Part shown: positions 8,777 to 18,409 of the stretch, one piece after another
Numbering within the stretch: position 1 is the stretch's first letter
Layout of the letters: each line of letters starts with the position of its first letter
From: Bdellovibrionales bacterium
GTDB lineage: Bacteria > Bdellovibrionota > Bdellovibrionia > Bdellovibrionales > UBA1609
Length of the DNA stretch: 32,000 nt
NCBI GenBank assembly: GCA_965247685.1
Contig: OZ252021.1
Location: forward strand, 330,001 to 362,000
Reading direction: 5' to 3'
Made by a program: the position numbers and the translations under genes
Notes under the pieces: generated by a model
The model's input: only the letters and a program-made list of their open reading frames with translations
What the model was told of the DNA's origin: nothing
Databases searched by the model: none

Positions 8777-10884
8777 TGTTCACTCTCACAGTTACAGCAA
8801 AAGGGCACAAAGATAAAGTCTACACACTAGACGATGCCACTAATATTATAGGACGTCTTGAGAGCAATCTTATTTTTTTAGATGCCTCTTATGGTGTATC
8901 CAGAAATCACCTTAAAATAACACCTTTGAATGAAAATTCATGGAAGGTCGAGTGCCTTTCTAATTTAGGTGGACTAGTTTTTAATGGAAAAGAAGTTTCT
9001 GAGTGCATCATTCAAGATAATGATAGCTTTTCATTACAAAGTTACACTTTCACACTTCGTAAAGAAAAAGGAGAATCTAAAAAAGAAAATATCTCCGCAG
9101 ATTTAAAATCTTCATCAGATGAGAATCTGAAAGAGTCCGCATCCAGTGATCATGAACCGTCTGTTCCTACATTTAATTCTGAAGACTCTCATTCTAAATT
9201 GCCTTTTGCTCCAGACGATAACCCAGACCTTCAGAAACAAAAAACTCCTTCTTTTCCATCAAAAATAGAAGAATATTCTCAGTTTACAGAAGCTCCGACG
9301 GTTATGCCTCAACTCAATAGCTATCTAAAACCTTATCTGATTGTTTCATTATCCGAAGATGAAGAAGATCAAGTTATTGAACTCAATGACAGAGATTTAT
9401 GGATAGTAGGACGAGATCCCTCTAGTGATATTTGCATTGAAGATATTAATATCAGCCGACATCACTTTAAAATCATAAAAAAAGGTATGGACTTTTTTAT
9501 CGAAGACCTAGGAAGTTCCAACGGAACATCCTTAAACAATAAAATTATAAAACCAAAAGAAACTCTACCTCTAAATAGCGGAGATATTATTTCTATTTTG
9601 AGTATAGAAATTTATTTTGAGATTAGAAATGTTAATTTTGAGAAAAAACAAGGGATTAACTTACCTGTAAAAGTCCCTTCCTCTGCAGATCCTCCCCTTC
9701 TTTCTATGGAGTCCTCACAGTCGAAGTCACCTTCTCAAAACCCTGAAAATCCAACACCCTTCAACGCTCCTGCTATTATCCCTAATGCGATTCTAAGCGA
9801 GACAATAATCACTTCTATACCTGAAAAAAAATCCTCTAAAAAGAGACTATTAATAATTTCTTTGATTATTTTAATGTTTGGAGGAATTCTATTCTTACTC
9901 TCTGAGTCCAAAAAAGGGAAAAAATCAGATCAAGAAAATTCAGAAGAACTGAATACTGGAACCTTTGAATCTCTAACTCTTGAAGAAAAAGAGAATGTGA
10001 AAAACCTTTACATCTTAGCTCAACAGCAGTACCAGATGAAAAAATTTGAACTATGTAATCAAACTCTCACGCAGCTCCATGATATTATACCTTTCTATCA
10101 AGAGTCCCAAGATCTCATTACAACTTGTCAAAGTGGTGCAGAAAGTGTTCAGATTCAATTAGAAATTGAAAATCAAAAAAAACAAGAAGAACAAGAAAGA
10201 AAAAAGCTACGTGAAATTGTTTCTCTCTGCAAAAATAAATTCAAATCTTTTCGAACTTTAGAAGCACTTGAAGAATGCTTAGCAGAAGCCACCACTATTG
10301 ATCCGGAGGATGAAGAACTTAATATTTTGAAGCTCAACTTTGAAAGTCAAGAAACAGCTAAAAAACAACGGGCGGAAGAATTACAAAATCTTAAGAATAG
10401 AGTTAAGAAAGAAACAAAAATTTATAACGAAGCTAAAAAATTAAAAGATAGCGATGGTCAAATCCTTAAAGCTATTGCAGCCTATAAAAAATTTCTTTTA
10501 AGAAATCATCCTGTAGTAATGGATAAAGTTGTTCAGACTGCTCGAGATGAATTATTTAAAATGGAGAGCACAGTACAAAGCCAAATAAAATCTTTTATGG
10601 ACGAATGCCAAGAACTCCTAGATTCTAAAAAATATAAACAAGCTCATCAAATATGTCAGAAAGTACTAACAGTCTCACCTAAAAACCAAAAAGCTCAGCA
10701 GGCTATGGATACCTCTATAAAAGAACTCAACGAAAAGCTCAAACCCTTGTTTAATGAAAGCGTCATTAATGAAAGCTTAGGTCAGGTCGAAATCGCTAAA
10801 AAGCAATGGGTTTTTATTATCGAACAAGACATCCCAGATGGAAAATACTCTTTCAAAGCACAGAAAAAACTCAGTAAATATTAA
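8776..10884 (+). CDS. Double-FHA bitopic membrane protein with long coiled-coil/TPR-like extracytoplasmic part
   Basis: FHA 1 is divergent (IIGRLESNLIFLDASYGVSRNHLKI). FHA 2 is canonical (IVGRDPSSDICIEDINISRHHFKII...EDLGSSNGTSLNN). A single TM (RLLIISLIILMFGGILFLL) is followed by a K/E/Q-rich helical C-terminal half. The start overlaps the upstream stop (TAATG). Confidence 0.75.
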   Translation: MFTLTVTAKGHKDKVYTLDDATNIIGRLESNLIFLDASYGVSRNHLKITPLNENSWKVECLSNLGGLVFNGKEVSECIIQDNDSFSLQSYTFTLRKEKGESKKENISADLKSSSDENLKESASSDHEPSVPTFNSEDSHSKLPFAPDDNPDLQKQKTPSFPSKIEEYSQFTEAPTVMPQLNSYLKPYLIVSLSEDEEDQVIELNDRDLWIVGRDPSSDICIEDINISRHHFKIIKKGMDFFIEDLGSSNGTSLNNKIIKPKETLPLNSGDIISILSIEIYFEIRNVNFEKKQGINLPVKVPSSADPPLLSMESSQSKSPSQNPENPTPFNAPAIIPNAILSETIITSIPEKKSSKKRLLIISLIILMFGGILFLLSESKKGKKSDQENSEELNTGTFESLTLEEKENVKNLYILAQQQYQMKKFELCNQTLTQLHDIIPFYQESQDLITTCQSGAESVQIQLEIENQKKQEEQERKKLREIVSLCKNKFKSFRTLEALEECLAEATTIDPEDEELNILKLNFESQETAKKQRAEELQNLKNRVKKETKIYNEAKKLKDSDGQILKAIAAYKKFLLRNHPVVMDKVVQTARDELFKMESTVQSQIKSFMDECQELLDSKKYKQAHQICQKVLTVSPKNQKAQQAMDTSIKELNEKLKPLFNESVINESLGQVEIAKKQWVFIIEQDIPDGKYSFKAQKKLSKY

Positions 10885-10895
10885 ATTTATTTTTA

Positions 10896-11303
10896 TTACT
10901 GAACTGCAAAAGTAAAGTTTTGAATACCAGATTTTTTGAAAGACTCAATAATTTCCATTACTCTGCCATGAGATACTCTTTGATCTGCAGAAATCACAAT
11001 TCGATCAGAATCTGGATTATTTTCCATTAATTTTCTGGCAAATAAAGACAGATCTTCTAAAGAGAGAACTTGATCATTAATAATAATATCTCCTGTGTGA
11101 GTGATTTTCACTCTGATAGATGATGATTTTATTTTTTTTGAAGATGAACTTTTAGGAAGCTGAATAGAAAGTCCTTCTCGCATCATTTGAGGAACGGAAA
11201 TCATAAATACGATCAGTAAAACAAGTACGATATCTACAAAGGGAACAATATTGATTTCTGAGATAAGCTCTTCGTTATAATCTTCTGTGTAGTCATTGGA
11301 CAT
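10896..11303 (-). CDS. ExbD/TolR-family biopolymer transport protein (stator minor subunit)
   Basis: 135 aa. Family hallmark INIVPFVDIVLVLLIVFMI with a TM that has the conserved Asp, followed by a periplasmic domain. GGAGG RBS lies 4 nt upstream of the ATG. Confidence 0.85.
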   Translation of the reverse strand: MSNDYTEDYNEELISEINIVPFVDIVLVLLIVFMISVPQMMREGLSIQLPKSSSSKKIKSSSIRVKITHTGDIIINDQVLSLEDLSLFARKLMENNPDSDRIVISADQRVSHGRVMEIIESFKKSGIQNFTFAVQ

Positions 11304-11489
11304 TGTGCCTCCAGAACTAACACAAATTTTTGACTCTTGTCACTAGATTTAATTCTAGAATATACAAGCCCATTTTTACATCAGAACAGGTTGATGCCTA
11401 ACATCGGAGAAGGAGTTTTGATCGTATAAGATTTTTGTTAAACAAAAAAATCTGAATACCTTCTTTCATTCTCTTAATAAGTGATTGTT

Positions 11490-13745
11490 TTATACGGAAG
11501 ATTTTTCCCGAAGATAATTCAGTGCTGAACCCTTCCAGAACCATTGCACTTGATTCTCATTTAAAGAATGAGTGATCGAAATTTGAACTTTATTTCCATT
11601 TTCTTTTTGAAGCTCTAATTGATGGACACTGTTTGGAGCTAAAGACTCAATTTCCGGCAAACTCAAAACATCATACTCTTCAATTTGATCGTAATCTGAA
11701 GACTTCACAAAAATAAAAGGAATCACACCCTGTTTTTTCAAATTAGTCTCATGGATACGAGCAAAACTTTGAGCTAACACAAAAGCACAACCCAGATAAC
11801 GAGGAGTCATCGCAGCATGCTCTCGACTACTGCCTTCTCCATAGTTTTGTCCTCCAACAATTACCCAGTGTTGATCTTTGGATTTTAAATCACGGGCTAT
11901 CTGATTGAAAGGCAGTTTTTCTTTCGTCAGAGGATGAAATCCCTCTCCACTCATTTCATGAAAACTATTTTCAGCCGTTAGCAATAAATTATCTGAAATG
12001 CGATCCAAGTGTCCGCGATAACGCAGCCAATATCCTGCTGGAGAAATATGATCCGTGGTGCATTGTCCCTTCACCTTACAAAGCAGGGAGAGATTCTGAA
12101 AATATTGTTTTTTCCAAGGAGTAAAAGGAGTGAGTTTTTGTAAACGTTCCGATTCTGGTGCAATAGTAACCAAGACTGAAGACCCTCGAGGCTCTTGAAA
12201 ACCATGATAACTAAAACTAAAACCTTTTTGAGGGATAGCTTCTCCCTCAGGGGGCAGAAGTTGAACTTGATCATTAACTTTATCCGTTTCAGGATTAAAA
12301 TCGAGTTGACCTGCAAGGCCTATGGCTACAACCATTTCAGGACTGCCAATAAAAGATAAAGTTTCAGGATTGGCATCATTTCGACCTTTAAAGTTTCTAT
12401 TAAAGCTATTAATGATAGTATTTTTATCTCCTTTCTTGTAGTCCGGTCTATTCCACTGACCGATGCAAGGACCACATGCATTAGCTAAAACTGTAGCTCC
12501 AATAGCTTCAAAGTCCTCCATCATACCATCTCTTTCAATAGTTTTTTTAATCTGATCCGAACCTGGAGTAATAAGAAAAGGCTGTGGCATTTTTAATCCA
12601 TGCTTTCGAGCTTGGCGGGCTACATGAGCCGCTCTGCTAATATCTTCATAAGAAGAGTTGGTGCAAGAACCAATAAGACAGGCAGAAAGTTGACAATTCC
12701 AACCTCGCTTTTGTGCTTCCTTTTTGATTTGTTCCAAAGAATAACCCCAATCTGGAGAAAAAGGACCACAAAGATGAGGTTTTAATTCGGACAAATTGAT
12801 TTCAATCAACTCATCAAAGTAAGAATGAGGGGATTTTTTCACCTCTTCATCCGCCTGTAACAAAGACGAGTATTCTTCAGTAAGTTTTGCAATATCTTTT
12901 CTGTCAGTTGCCTTCAGATATTCGAACATAGAACCGTCGTAAGGGAAAAGTGAGCTTGTGGCTCCCATCTCAGCACCCATATTGGTGATTGTGGCTTTTC
13001 CCGTGCAACTCATAGATGCACAGCCTTCTCCAAAATACTCAATAATTCGATTGGTACCACCTTTGACTGTAAGAATTTTGAGTAATTTTAAAATCACATC
13101 CTTCGGTGCAGACCAACCTTTTAATTTTCCAGTTAAATGCACACCAACCAACTGAGGATGCTTCACTTCCCATTCTAAACCTGCCATCACATCTGCGGCA
13201 TCTGCTCCACCGACACCCACCGCCATCATACCTAATCCACCTGCATTCGGTGTATGAGAGTCTGTTCCTATCAGTAGCCCTCCAGGATAAGCATATTTTT
13301 CTAAAACCACCTGATGGATAATTCCAGAACCTGGCCCCCAAAATTCAATTCCATAACGGCTGGAAGCTGAAGATAAAAATTCAAAAACCTCCCCATGCTC
13401 ACTTAAAGCCTGCTTCATATCAATGGATTCACCTTTTTCTGCACGAATTAGATGATCACAATGAACGGTAGTTGGCTGATGAGTTTGAGTCTTTCTAGCA
13501 AGCATAAACTGCAAAAGTGCCATTTGAGCAGTCGCATCTTGCATAGCCACTCGATCCGGTATTAAAGATAAAAACCCCTTTCTGGATTGAGGGAGTGGAC
13601 TGGATGAACTTAAATGAGAATAAATAATCTTTTCTGAAAAAGTGAGAGGACGATTAATCACCTGTTGTATTTCATCCAAACGAACTTTCATCTTTTTATA
13701 ATTTTCTAAAACTTCAAAATATAGTTTTTTCATGGCTAATGACAC
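11490..13745 (-). CDS. acnA: Aconitate hydratase, short (mitochondrial-type) form
   Basis: 751 aa. Fe-S ligand blocks GTDSHTPN, IGSCTNSS and NACGPCIGQW are present. A GTG start at 13745 follows AGGGA; an alternative ATG lies at 13733. Confidence 0.95.
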   Translation of the reverse strand: MSLAMKKLYFEVLENYKKMKVRLDEIQQVINRPLTFSEKIIYSHLSSSSPLPQSRKGFLSLIPDRVAMQDATAQMALLQFMLARKTQTHQPTTVHCDHLIRAEKGESIDMKQALSEHGEVFEFLSSASSRYGIEFWGPGSGIIHQVVLEKYAYPGGLLIGTDSHTPNAGGLGMMAVGVGGADAADVMAGLEWEVKHPQLVGVHLTGKLKGWSAPKDVILKLLKILTVKGGTNRIIEYFGEGCASMSCTGKATITNMGAEMGATSSLFPYDGSMFEYLKATDRKDIAKLTEEYSSLLQADEEVKKSPHSYFDELIEINLSELKPHLCGPFSPDWGYSLEQIKKEAQKRGWNCQLSACLIGSCTNSSYEDISRAAHVARQARKHGLKMPQPFLITPGSDQIKKTIERDGMMEDFEAIGATVLANACGPCIGQWNRPDYKKGDKNTIINSFNRNFKGRNDANPETLSFIGSPEMVVAIGLAGQLDFNPETDKVNDQVQLLPPEGEAIPQKGFSFSYHGFQEPRGSSVLVTIAPESERLQKLTPFTPWKKQYFQNLSLLCKVKGQCTTDHISPAGYWLRYRGHLDRISDNLLLTAENSFHEMSGEGFHPLTKEKLPFNQIARDLKSKDQHWVIVGGQNYGEGSSREHAAMTPRYLGCAFVLAQSFARIHETNLKKQGVIPFIFVKSSDYDQIEEYDVLSLPEIESLAPNSVHQLELQKENGNKVQISITHSLNENQVQWFWKGSALNYLREKSSV

Positions 13746-13851
13746 ATAATCCCTAGAACTAGTTAAGAAGGAAATACTATCAAAATAATCAACCGAAGTC
13801 TAGAGAGAGAGACCTATTTTGTCAATTTTTCTGGGTTTATAAAATACTTAT

Positions 13852-13880
13852 TTGACTAAGGAAACCAGTAAATTCAAAAT
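13852..13880 (+). promoter_or_regulatory. Candidate sigma-70-type promoter for the 13954 OMP gene
   Basis: TTGACT (13852-13857), a 17-nt spacer, then CAAAAT (13875-13880). Pattern match only. Confidence 0.2.
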
Positions 13881-13953
13881 TGTATAGGCTTCAGGTTGAA
13901 TGCTATTCAGATCGAAAGAACTGAGCATTTTTCATTTTTAAGGTGAGAGGATA

Positions 13954-14604
13954 ATGAAAAAAATTTTGCTGATATTATTTATATTTTTATCTGTACCTTC
14001 GAGCTGGGCGGGAATCTTTGTAGAGCCTTATTTAGGAACAGGTGTTGGAACTTTTATTAATAGTTGGCGCTACGGTTACTCCCTAGGAGGCCGTTTAGGT
14101 TATTCCAGATGGGGACTCATGATGGGGGTAGATGCTAGTTATTCTAGTTTTTCCTATTTTGATTTTAGCATCGACTATATAGGACCAGAATGTGAAAATG
14201 CTGTGGGTTTGGGGCAACTCGCACCTTGTAAAGTACTGTCTGGAAATGAGTACGAACAATCGGATGTGGGTATTTATCATAATATCTTCTTAGGCCCTTC
14301 AGTAGCTTTTGGTTTACCTTTCATTATAGATGCTTATGCTTCGCTAGGGTGGAATTGGTCTAACACTTCATATAAGCGTGATAATTTTTCAATGGACGGT
14401 CCCGCTGTAAAAGTAGGGGTCTCTTACCTGAATCTGCCCTTCCTAAGATTGAATTTAGAATTACAAGCCCTCCTCATGGAATGCTCTAATCACGATGAGA
14501 TTATTCAACAATCTTGCCAAGAAAAAACAACTCTCAACTATGCTAATCCTATTTTCATTGGACAAATTTATTTAAGTATTCCAATCAACACAGGTATTTT
14601 TTAG
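13954..14604 (+). CDS. Small outer-membrane beta-barrel protein (putative)
   Basis: Signal peptide MKKILLILFIFLSVPSSWA. The sequence has alternating aromatic/Gly-rich strands and a C-terminal ...NTGIF (terminal Phe). Two Cys pairs lie in predicted loops. GAGAGG RBS. Confidence 0.5.
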   Translation: MKKILLILFIFLSVPSSWAGIFVEPYLGTGVGTFINSWRYGYSLGGRLGYSRWGLMMGVDASYSSFSYFDFSIDYIGPECENAVGLGQLAPCKVLSGNEYEQSDVGIYHNIFLGPSVAFGLPFIIDAYASLGWNWSNTSYKRDNFSMDGPAVKVGVSYLNLPFLRLNLELQALLMECSNHDEIIQQSCQEKTTLNYANPIFIGQIYLSIPINTGIF

Positions 14605-14729
14605 TTGATGTAAACTCTCCGATGAATGAACACATGAAGATGCAGTTTTATTGAATTTTTCTTTGCACAAGCAGAAGTGATGCATGATTTTTAAACATTG
14701 TTTAGGGCAATAAAAATTTTATTCAAGTA

Positions 14730-14758
14730 TAGACAAGAATAAAATCTCTTAGTATAAG
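14730..14758 (+). promoter_or_regulatory. Candidate sigma-70-type promoter for thyA-folA
   Basis: TAGACA (14730-14735), a 17-nt spacer, then TATAAG (14753-14758), about 20 nt before ATG 14779. Pattern match only. Confidence 0.2.
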
Positions 14759-14778
14759 ATGAGGTCTAAAGGAAACTT

Positions 14779-15570
14779 ATGGTTTCATATTTAAATTTAT
14801 TACAAAAAGTGCTAGAACAAGGTGTTCAACGGGAAGATCGTACCAGAACAGGAACTATCAGCATCTTTGGTCATCAAATGCGTTTTGACTTGTCTAAAAC
14901 TTTTCCCCTACTCACCACTAAGAAAGTCCACCTTCGCTCTATTATTCATGAATTGTTATGGATACTAAAAGGGGACACCAATATTCAATACCTCAAAGAT
15001 AATAATGTTCGTATTTGGAATGAATGGGCTGATGAAAATGGAAATTTAGGACGTGTATACGGAGCTCAATGGAGGAGTTGGAGAAAACCTAATGGTGAAA
15101 CTCTTGATCAAATCACCTCAGTCATCGATCAAATTAAAAATAATCCTCACTCCAGAAGACATATGGTGGTTGCATATAACCCTGGAGAGTTAGAAGAAAT
15201 GGCTCTTCCTCCCTGCCATGCTTTTTTTCAGTTTTATGTCGCTCAAGGGACTTTATCTTGCCAGCTTTATCAAAGAAGTGCGGATATTTTTCTAGGACTT
15301 CCTTTTAATATTGCAAGTTATTCGTTGCTTACAATGATGATGGCTCAAGTGTGCGGCTTAAAGCCTGGAGAATACATTCAAACCATCGGTGATGCTCATG
15401 TCTATACGAACCATATGCCTCAAGTTCTCCAGCAATTACAAAGGGAACCCCGCCCTCTTGCTAAAATGTATATTGAACCGCAAGCTTCTCTATTTGATTA
15501 TAAAATAGAACATTTTCACCTCAGTGACTATAATCCTCATCCTCGAATTCGTGCTGAAGTTTCTATATAA
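14779..15570 (+). CDS. thyA: Thymidylate synthase (ThyA type)
   Basis: 263 aa. N-terminus [23 protein letters not shown], catalytic-Cys block [12 protein letters not shown], and DAHVYTNH. Confidence 0.97.
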   Translation: MVSYLNLLQKVLEQGVQREDRTRTGTISIFGHQMRFDLSKTFPLLTTKKVHLRSIIHELLWILKGDTNIQYLKDNNVRIWNEWADENGNLGRVYGAQWRSWRKPNGETLDQITSVIDQIKNNPHSRRHMVVAYNPGELEEMALPPCHAFFQFYVAQGTLSCQLYQRSADIFLGLPFNIASYSLLTMMMAQVCGLKPGEYIQTIGDAHVYTNHMPQVLQQLQREPRPLAKMYIEPQASLFDYKIEHFHLSDYNPHPRIRAEVSI

Positions 15571-15639
15571 CTAAGAAACTTGAATACTCTATGGAAAAGA
15601 TTGCAAACTGAGTGAACCAACATTTATAATTTTATAGAA

Positions 15640-16134
15640 ATGAAAAAATTTATTTTTTCTCACATTACAGCTGCCTCTTCCAATAATGTTATTGGTTATC
15701 AAAACGAATTACCTTGGCATATTCCTGAAGATTTAAAATTTTTTCGATCCAAAACTCGAAATCACACCGTCATCATGGGAAGAAAAACTTTTGAATCTCT
15801 CGGTTCTCCTTTGCCACAAAGAGCTAATATCATCATTTCCCGCTCTGCTCAAAAATCCGAGAATCCCCATGTACATTGGACAACTAACATCGAAAAAGCA
15901 ATGAAGATGGCTCAAGAAGTCTCTGATGAAGAAGAAATCTTTATTATAGGTGGAGGAGAAATATACAAGCAATCACTGGACAAAGTCCAAAGAATTTATC
16001 TCACACGTATTCATCAGGAATATAAAGGAGACGCTTTTTACCCTGAAGTTCCTCTTCATAAATTTCAACTTGTAGAAGAAAAAAAACATGAAGGTCAACC
16101 TTCATTTTCTTTTCTTACCTATAAAAGAATTTAA
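15640..16134 (+). CDS. folA: Dihydrofolate reductase
   Basis: 164 aa with VIMGRKTFESLGSPLPQRANIIISR and IGGGEIY. It lies directly downstream of thyA. Confidence 0.93.
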   Translation: MKKFIFSHITAASSNNVIGYQNELPWHIPEDLKFFRSKTRNHTVIMGRKTFESLGSPLPQRANIIISRSAQKSENPHVHWTTNIEKAMKMAQEVSDEEEIFIIGGGEIYKQSLDKVQRIYLTRIHQEYKGDAFYPEVPLHKFQLVEEKKHEGQPSFSFLTYKRI

Positions 16135-16161
16135 TTAAACTTCATTGAAAAATATAAGTGA

Positions 16162-17451
16162 TCAGATCCCAATATCCTTTCTGTAGTAGAGTTGAAGATC
16201 GGGTAATCGTTGAACTAGATCATAAGCATTTTCTCTTGCTTTTTCCAAAGAAGAACTCAGACCTATAGCATTAAGAACCCGTCCTCCATCCACAACCCAT
16301 TGATTCTTGTTTTTCTTTGTTCCACAATGAAGAAAATAGCTTTGCTCTTGAGAATTTAAATTTTTTGTTGGAGAAACACTTAACAAATCCTCGCCGTTCA
16401 CTTGACTCGGAATCACTTCGCCCTTCCTAGGATTTTGAGGGTAACCTCTTTCTGCTAATACTACACAGCAACCGTGTCGATCATAAAAATTCAAAGAAGA
16501 AATTTTTCCTTCAGAAACTTCTGAAAACAATACTCCCATATCTTTATTAATTAAAGGAAGTAGTATCTGACACTCTGGATCTCCGAACCGCACATTATAT
16601 TCCAGTACTTGTGGCCCTTTTTTTGGAGAAATCATCAAACCAACATACAAAACTCCTCGATAAAATAAACCATCTTTTTGAATCTGAGAAACAGTAGGGT
16701 GAATGATTTGCTCTTCAATTATTTTCCACAGATGAGGATCTTTTTCTATCGGAGCGACAGCACCCATACCACCTGTATTAGGCCCCTGATGACCTTCATT
16801 TCTTTTTTTGAAATCTTGAGCCAAAGGCAACGCTTGATAATCTTTTCCATTGGTAAAAATGAAAACAGATAATTCATATCCCTCTTGAAATTCTTCTAAA
16901 AGAGCTTTCTTGCCTGCTTCACCAAATATTTTTTTTTCAAATAATTGAGCAGCACTCTCTTTGAGATGATTTCGGTCAGGACAAATAAAAACCCCCTTGC
17001 CTGCTGCTAAACCATCCGCCTTTAAAATATAAGGAGCAGAAAAATTGGAAGACAAATCCATAACTTGATTCACACTTTCCACAATTGCATAACGAGAAGT
17101 GGGAACTCTAGCATTTTTCATAAAATTTTTTGCAAACACCTTACTCCCCTCAAGCTGAGAGGCAGCCTGACTGGGTCCGAAAACTTTAAATCCATGCTCC
17201 CTAAAAAGATCTGCCCAACCCAAAGTTAGTTCCTTTTCTGGACCTATTACAATGAGATCAATTTTTTGTTTTTTCAAAAAAGGAATCAACTCTAAAGCAC
17301 TAAAATTAGTGCCCTTATTGTCTGTCAAAGGCAAGGCATTCAGCCCCTCTCTATGTGGAAAATCATACACACGATTCACAGAAGAAGAATTCTGAAATGC
17401 ATGGATCAAAGCATGCTCTCGACCTCCCTTTCCTATGACTAATACATTCAT
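16162..17451 (-). CDS. purD: Phosphoribosylamine-glycine ligase
   Basis: 429 aa. MNVLVIGKGGREHAL N-terminus, ATP-grasp core (ILKADGLAAGKGV, NVRFGDPE) and a GGAG RBS. Confidence 0.95.
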   Translation of the reverse strand: MNVLVIGKGGREHALIHAFQNSSSVNRVYDFPHREGLNALPLTDNKGTNFSALELIPFLKKQKIDLIVIGPEKELTLGWADLFREHGFKVFGPSQAASQLEGSKVFAKNFMKNARVPTSRYAIVESVNQVMDLSSNFSAPYILKADGLAAGKGVFICPDRNHLKESAAQLFEKKIFGEAGKKALLEEFQEGYELSVFIFTNGKDYQALPLAQDFKKRNEGHQGPNTGGMGAVAPIEKDPHLWKIIEEQIIHPTVSQIQKDGLFYRGVLYVGLMISPKKGPQVLEYNVRFGDPECQILLPLINKDMGVLFSEVSEGKISSLNFYDRHGCCVVLAERGYPQNPRKGEVIPSQVNGEDLLSVSPTKNLNSQEQSYFLHCGTKKNKNQWVVDGGRVLNAIGLSSSLEKARENAYDLVQRLPDLQLYYRKDIGI

Positions 17452-17527
17452 AAAATCTCCAAAATTTATTCAATAGCTTCTGTAAAAAAGAGTTTATAGA
17501 AAATTTCAAATACAGCTGATTTATTCG

Positions 17528-18355
17528 TCATTTATTCCAAGACTCAGGAGCCCAATTAGGATGAACCAGTCTCTTATTTTTTTTCGTCAACCGATCAATT
17601 CTCCCTTTATCTTTAGGCTCTAAGGTAAAATCGAACACCTTAAAATTTGAAGTAATATGGTTCAAATTTTTTGCCTTAGGAATAGCTACCACATTTTTTT
17701 GATCGATTAACCACCTCAAAACTACTTGAGGTATAGTTTTATTGTATTTTTTAGCAATAGATTTCAAAGTTGCATTTTTTAAAATCTCTCCTCGTGCAAG
17801 AGGACTGTAAGCTGTCAAAAACATTTCATATTTTTTCATATTTCTGATTAAAACACTCTGATCAATGAAAGGATGATACTCCACTTGATTGCAGATCAAT
17901 TTAGGATAAATCTTATGAGCTATACGAAGATCTTTAGGAGGAAAGTTACTGACCCCCACATATCGAACCCGCTTTGTATCAACTAATTCTTTGAAAGCAG
18001 ATAAAGTGTCTTCTAAAGGCAATTGAGAATTGGGCCAATGGATAAGCAAAAGATCGATATAATCCACTTGCAACCTTTGTAAACTCTGACTCACGTTAAC
18101 CAACACATCTTTGAAGTCCAAGTAATCTTTCCATACTTTAGTGGTTAAAAAAATATCATCCCTAGCAATTTTAGATTCAAAAATGGCCTGACCCACACTA
18201 TCTTCATTGCCATAAATCTGAGCTGTATCAATATGCCGATAGCCCACCTCTAATGCCTTTAACACTGCCTTCACACAGTTATTACCTTGTATTTTCCATG
18301 TTCCAAAACCTATTTTCGGAACTTTTACTTGCCTTCTGCCTGACCAAAAGTCCAT
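17528..18355 (-). CDS. Aldo/keto reductase (2,5-diketo-D-gluconate reductase-like)
   Basis: 275 aa. AKR catalytic tetrad context: HIDTAQIYGNE (Asp, Tyr), TTKVW (Lys) and LLIHWP (His). Confidence 0.9.
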   Translation of the reverse strand: MDFWSGRRQVKVPKIGFGTWKIQGNNCVKAVLKALEVGYRHIDTAQIYGNEDSVGQAIFESKIARDDIFLTTKVWKDYLDFKDVLVNVSQSLQRLQVDYIDLLLIHWPNSQLPLEDTLSAFKELVDTKRVRYVGVSNFPPKDLRIAHKIYPKLICNQVEYHPFIDQSVLIRNMKKYEMFLTAYSPLARGEILKNATLKSIAKKYNKTIPQVVLRWLIDQKNVVAIPKAKNLNHITSNFKVFDFTLEPKDKGRIDRLTKKNKRLVHPNWAPESWNK

Positions 18356-18409
18356 ACATCACCATATTCAAATGTTTTTTTACCCTTTAATAAGATAAAT
18401 TACTAAACA

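Noticed and set aside
4873-14710. The shared 11-mer GTTTAGGGCAA, followed by an A-rich tail, lies upstream of the TadC-like operon (4873-4883) and upstream of thyA (14700-14710).
   Set aside because: My back-of-envelope estimate expects an exact 11-mer match between a few kb of intergenic DNA (both strands) about once by chance. The flanks do not align without a shift. It is not evidence for a regulatory motif without genome-wide enrichment.
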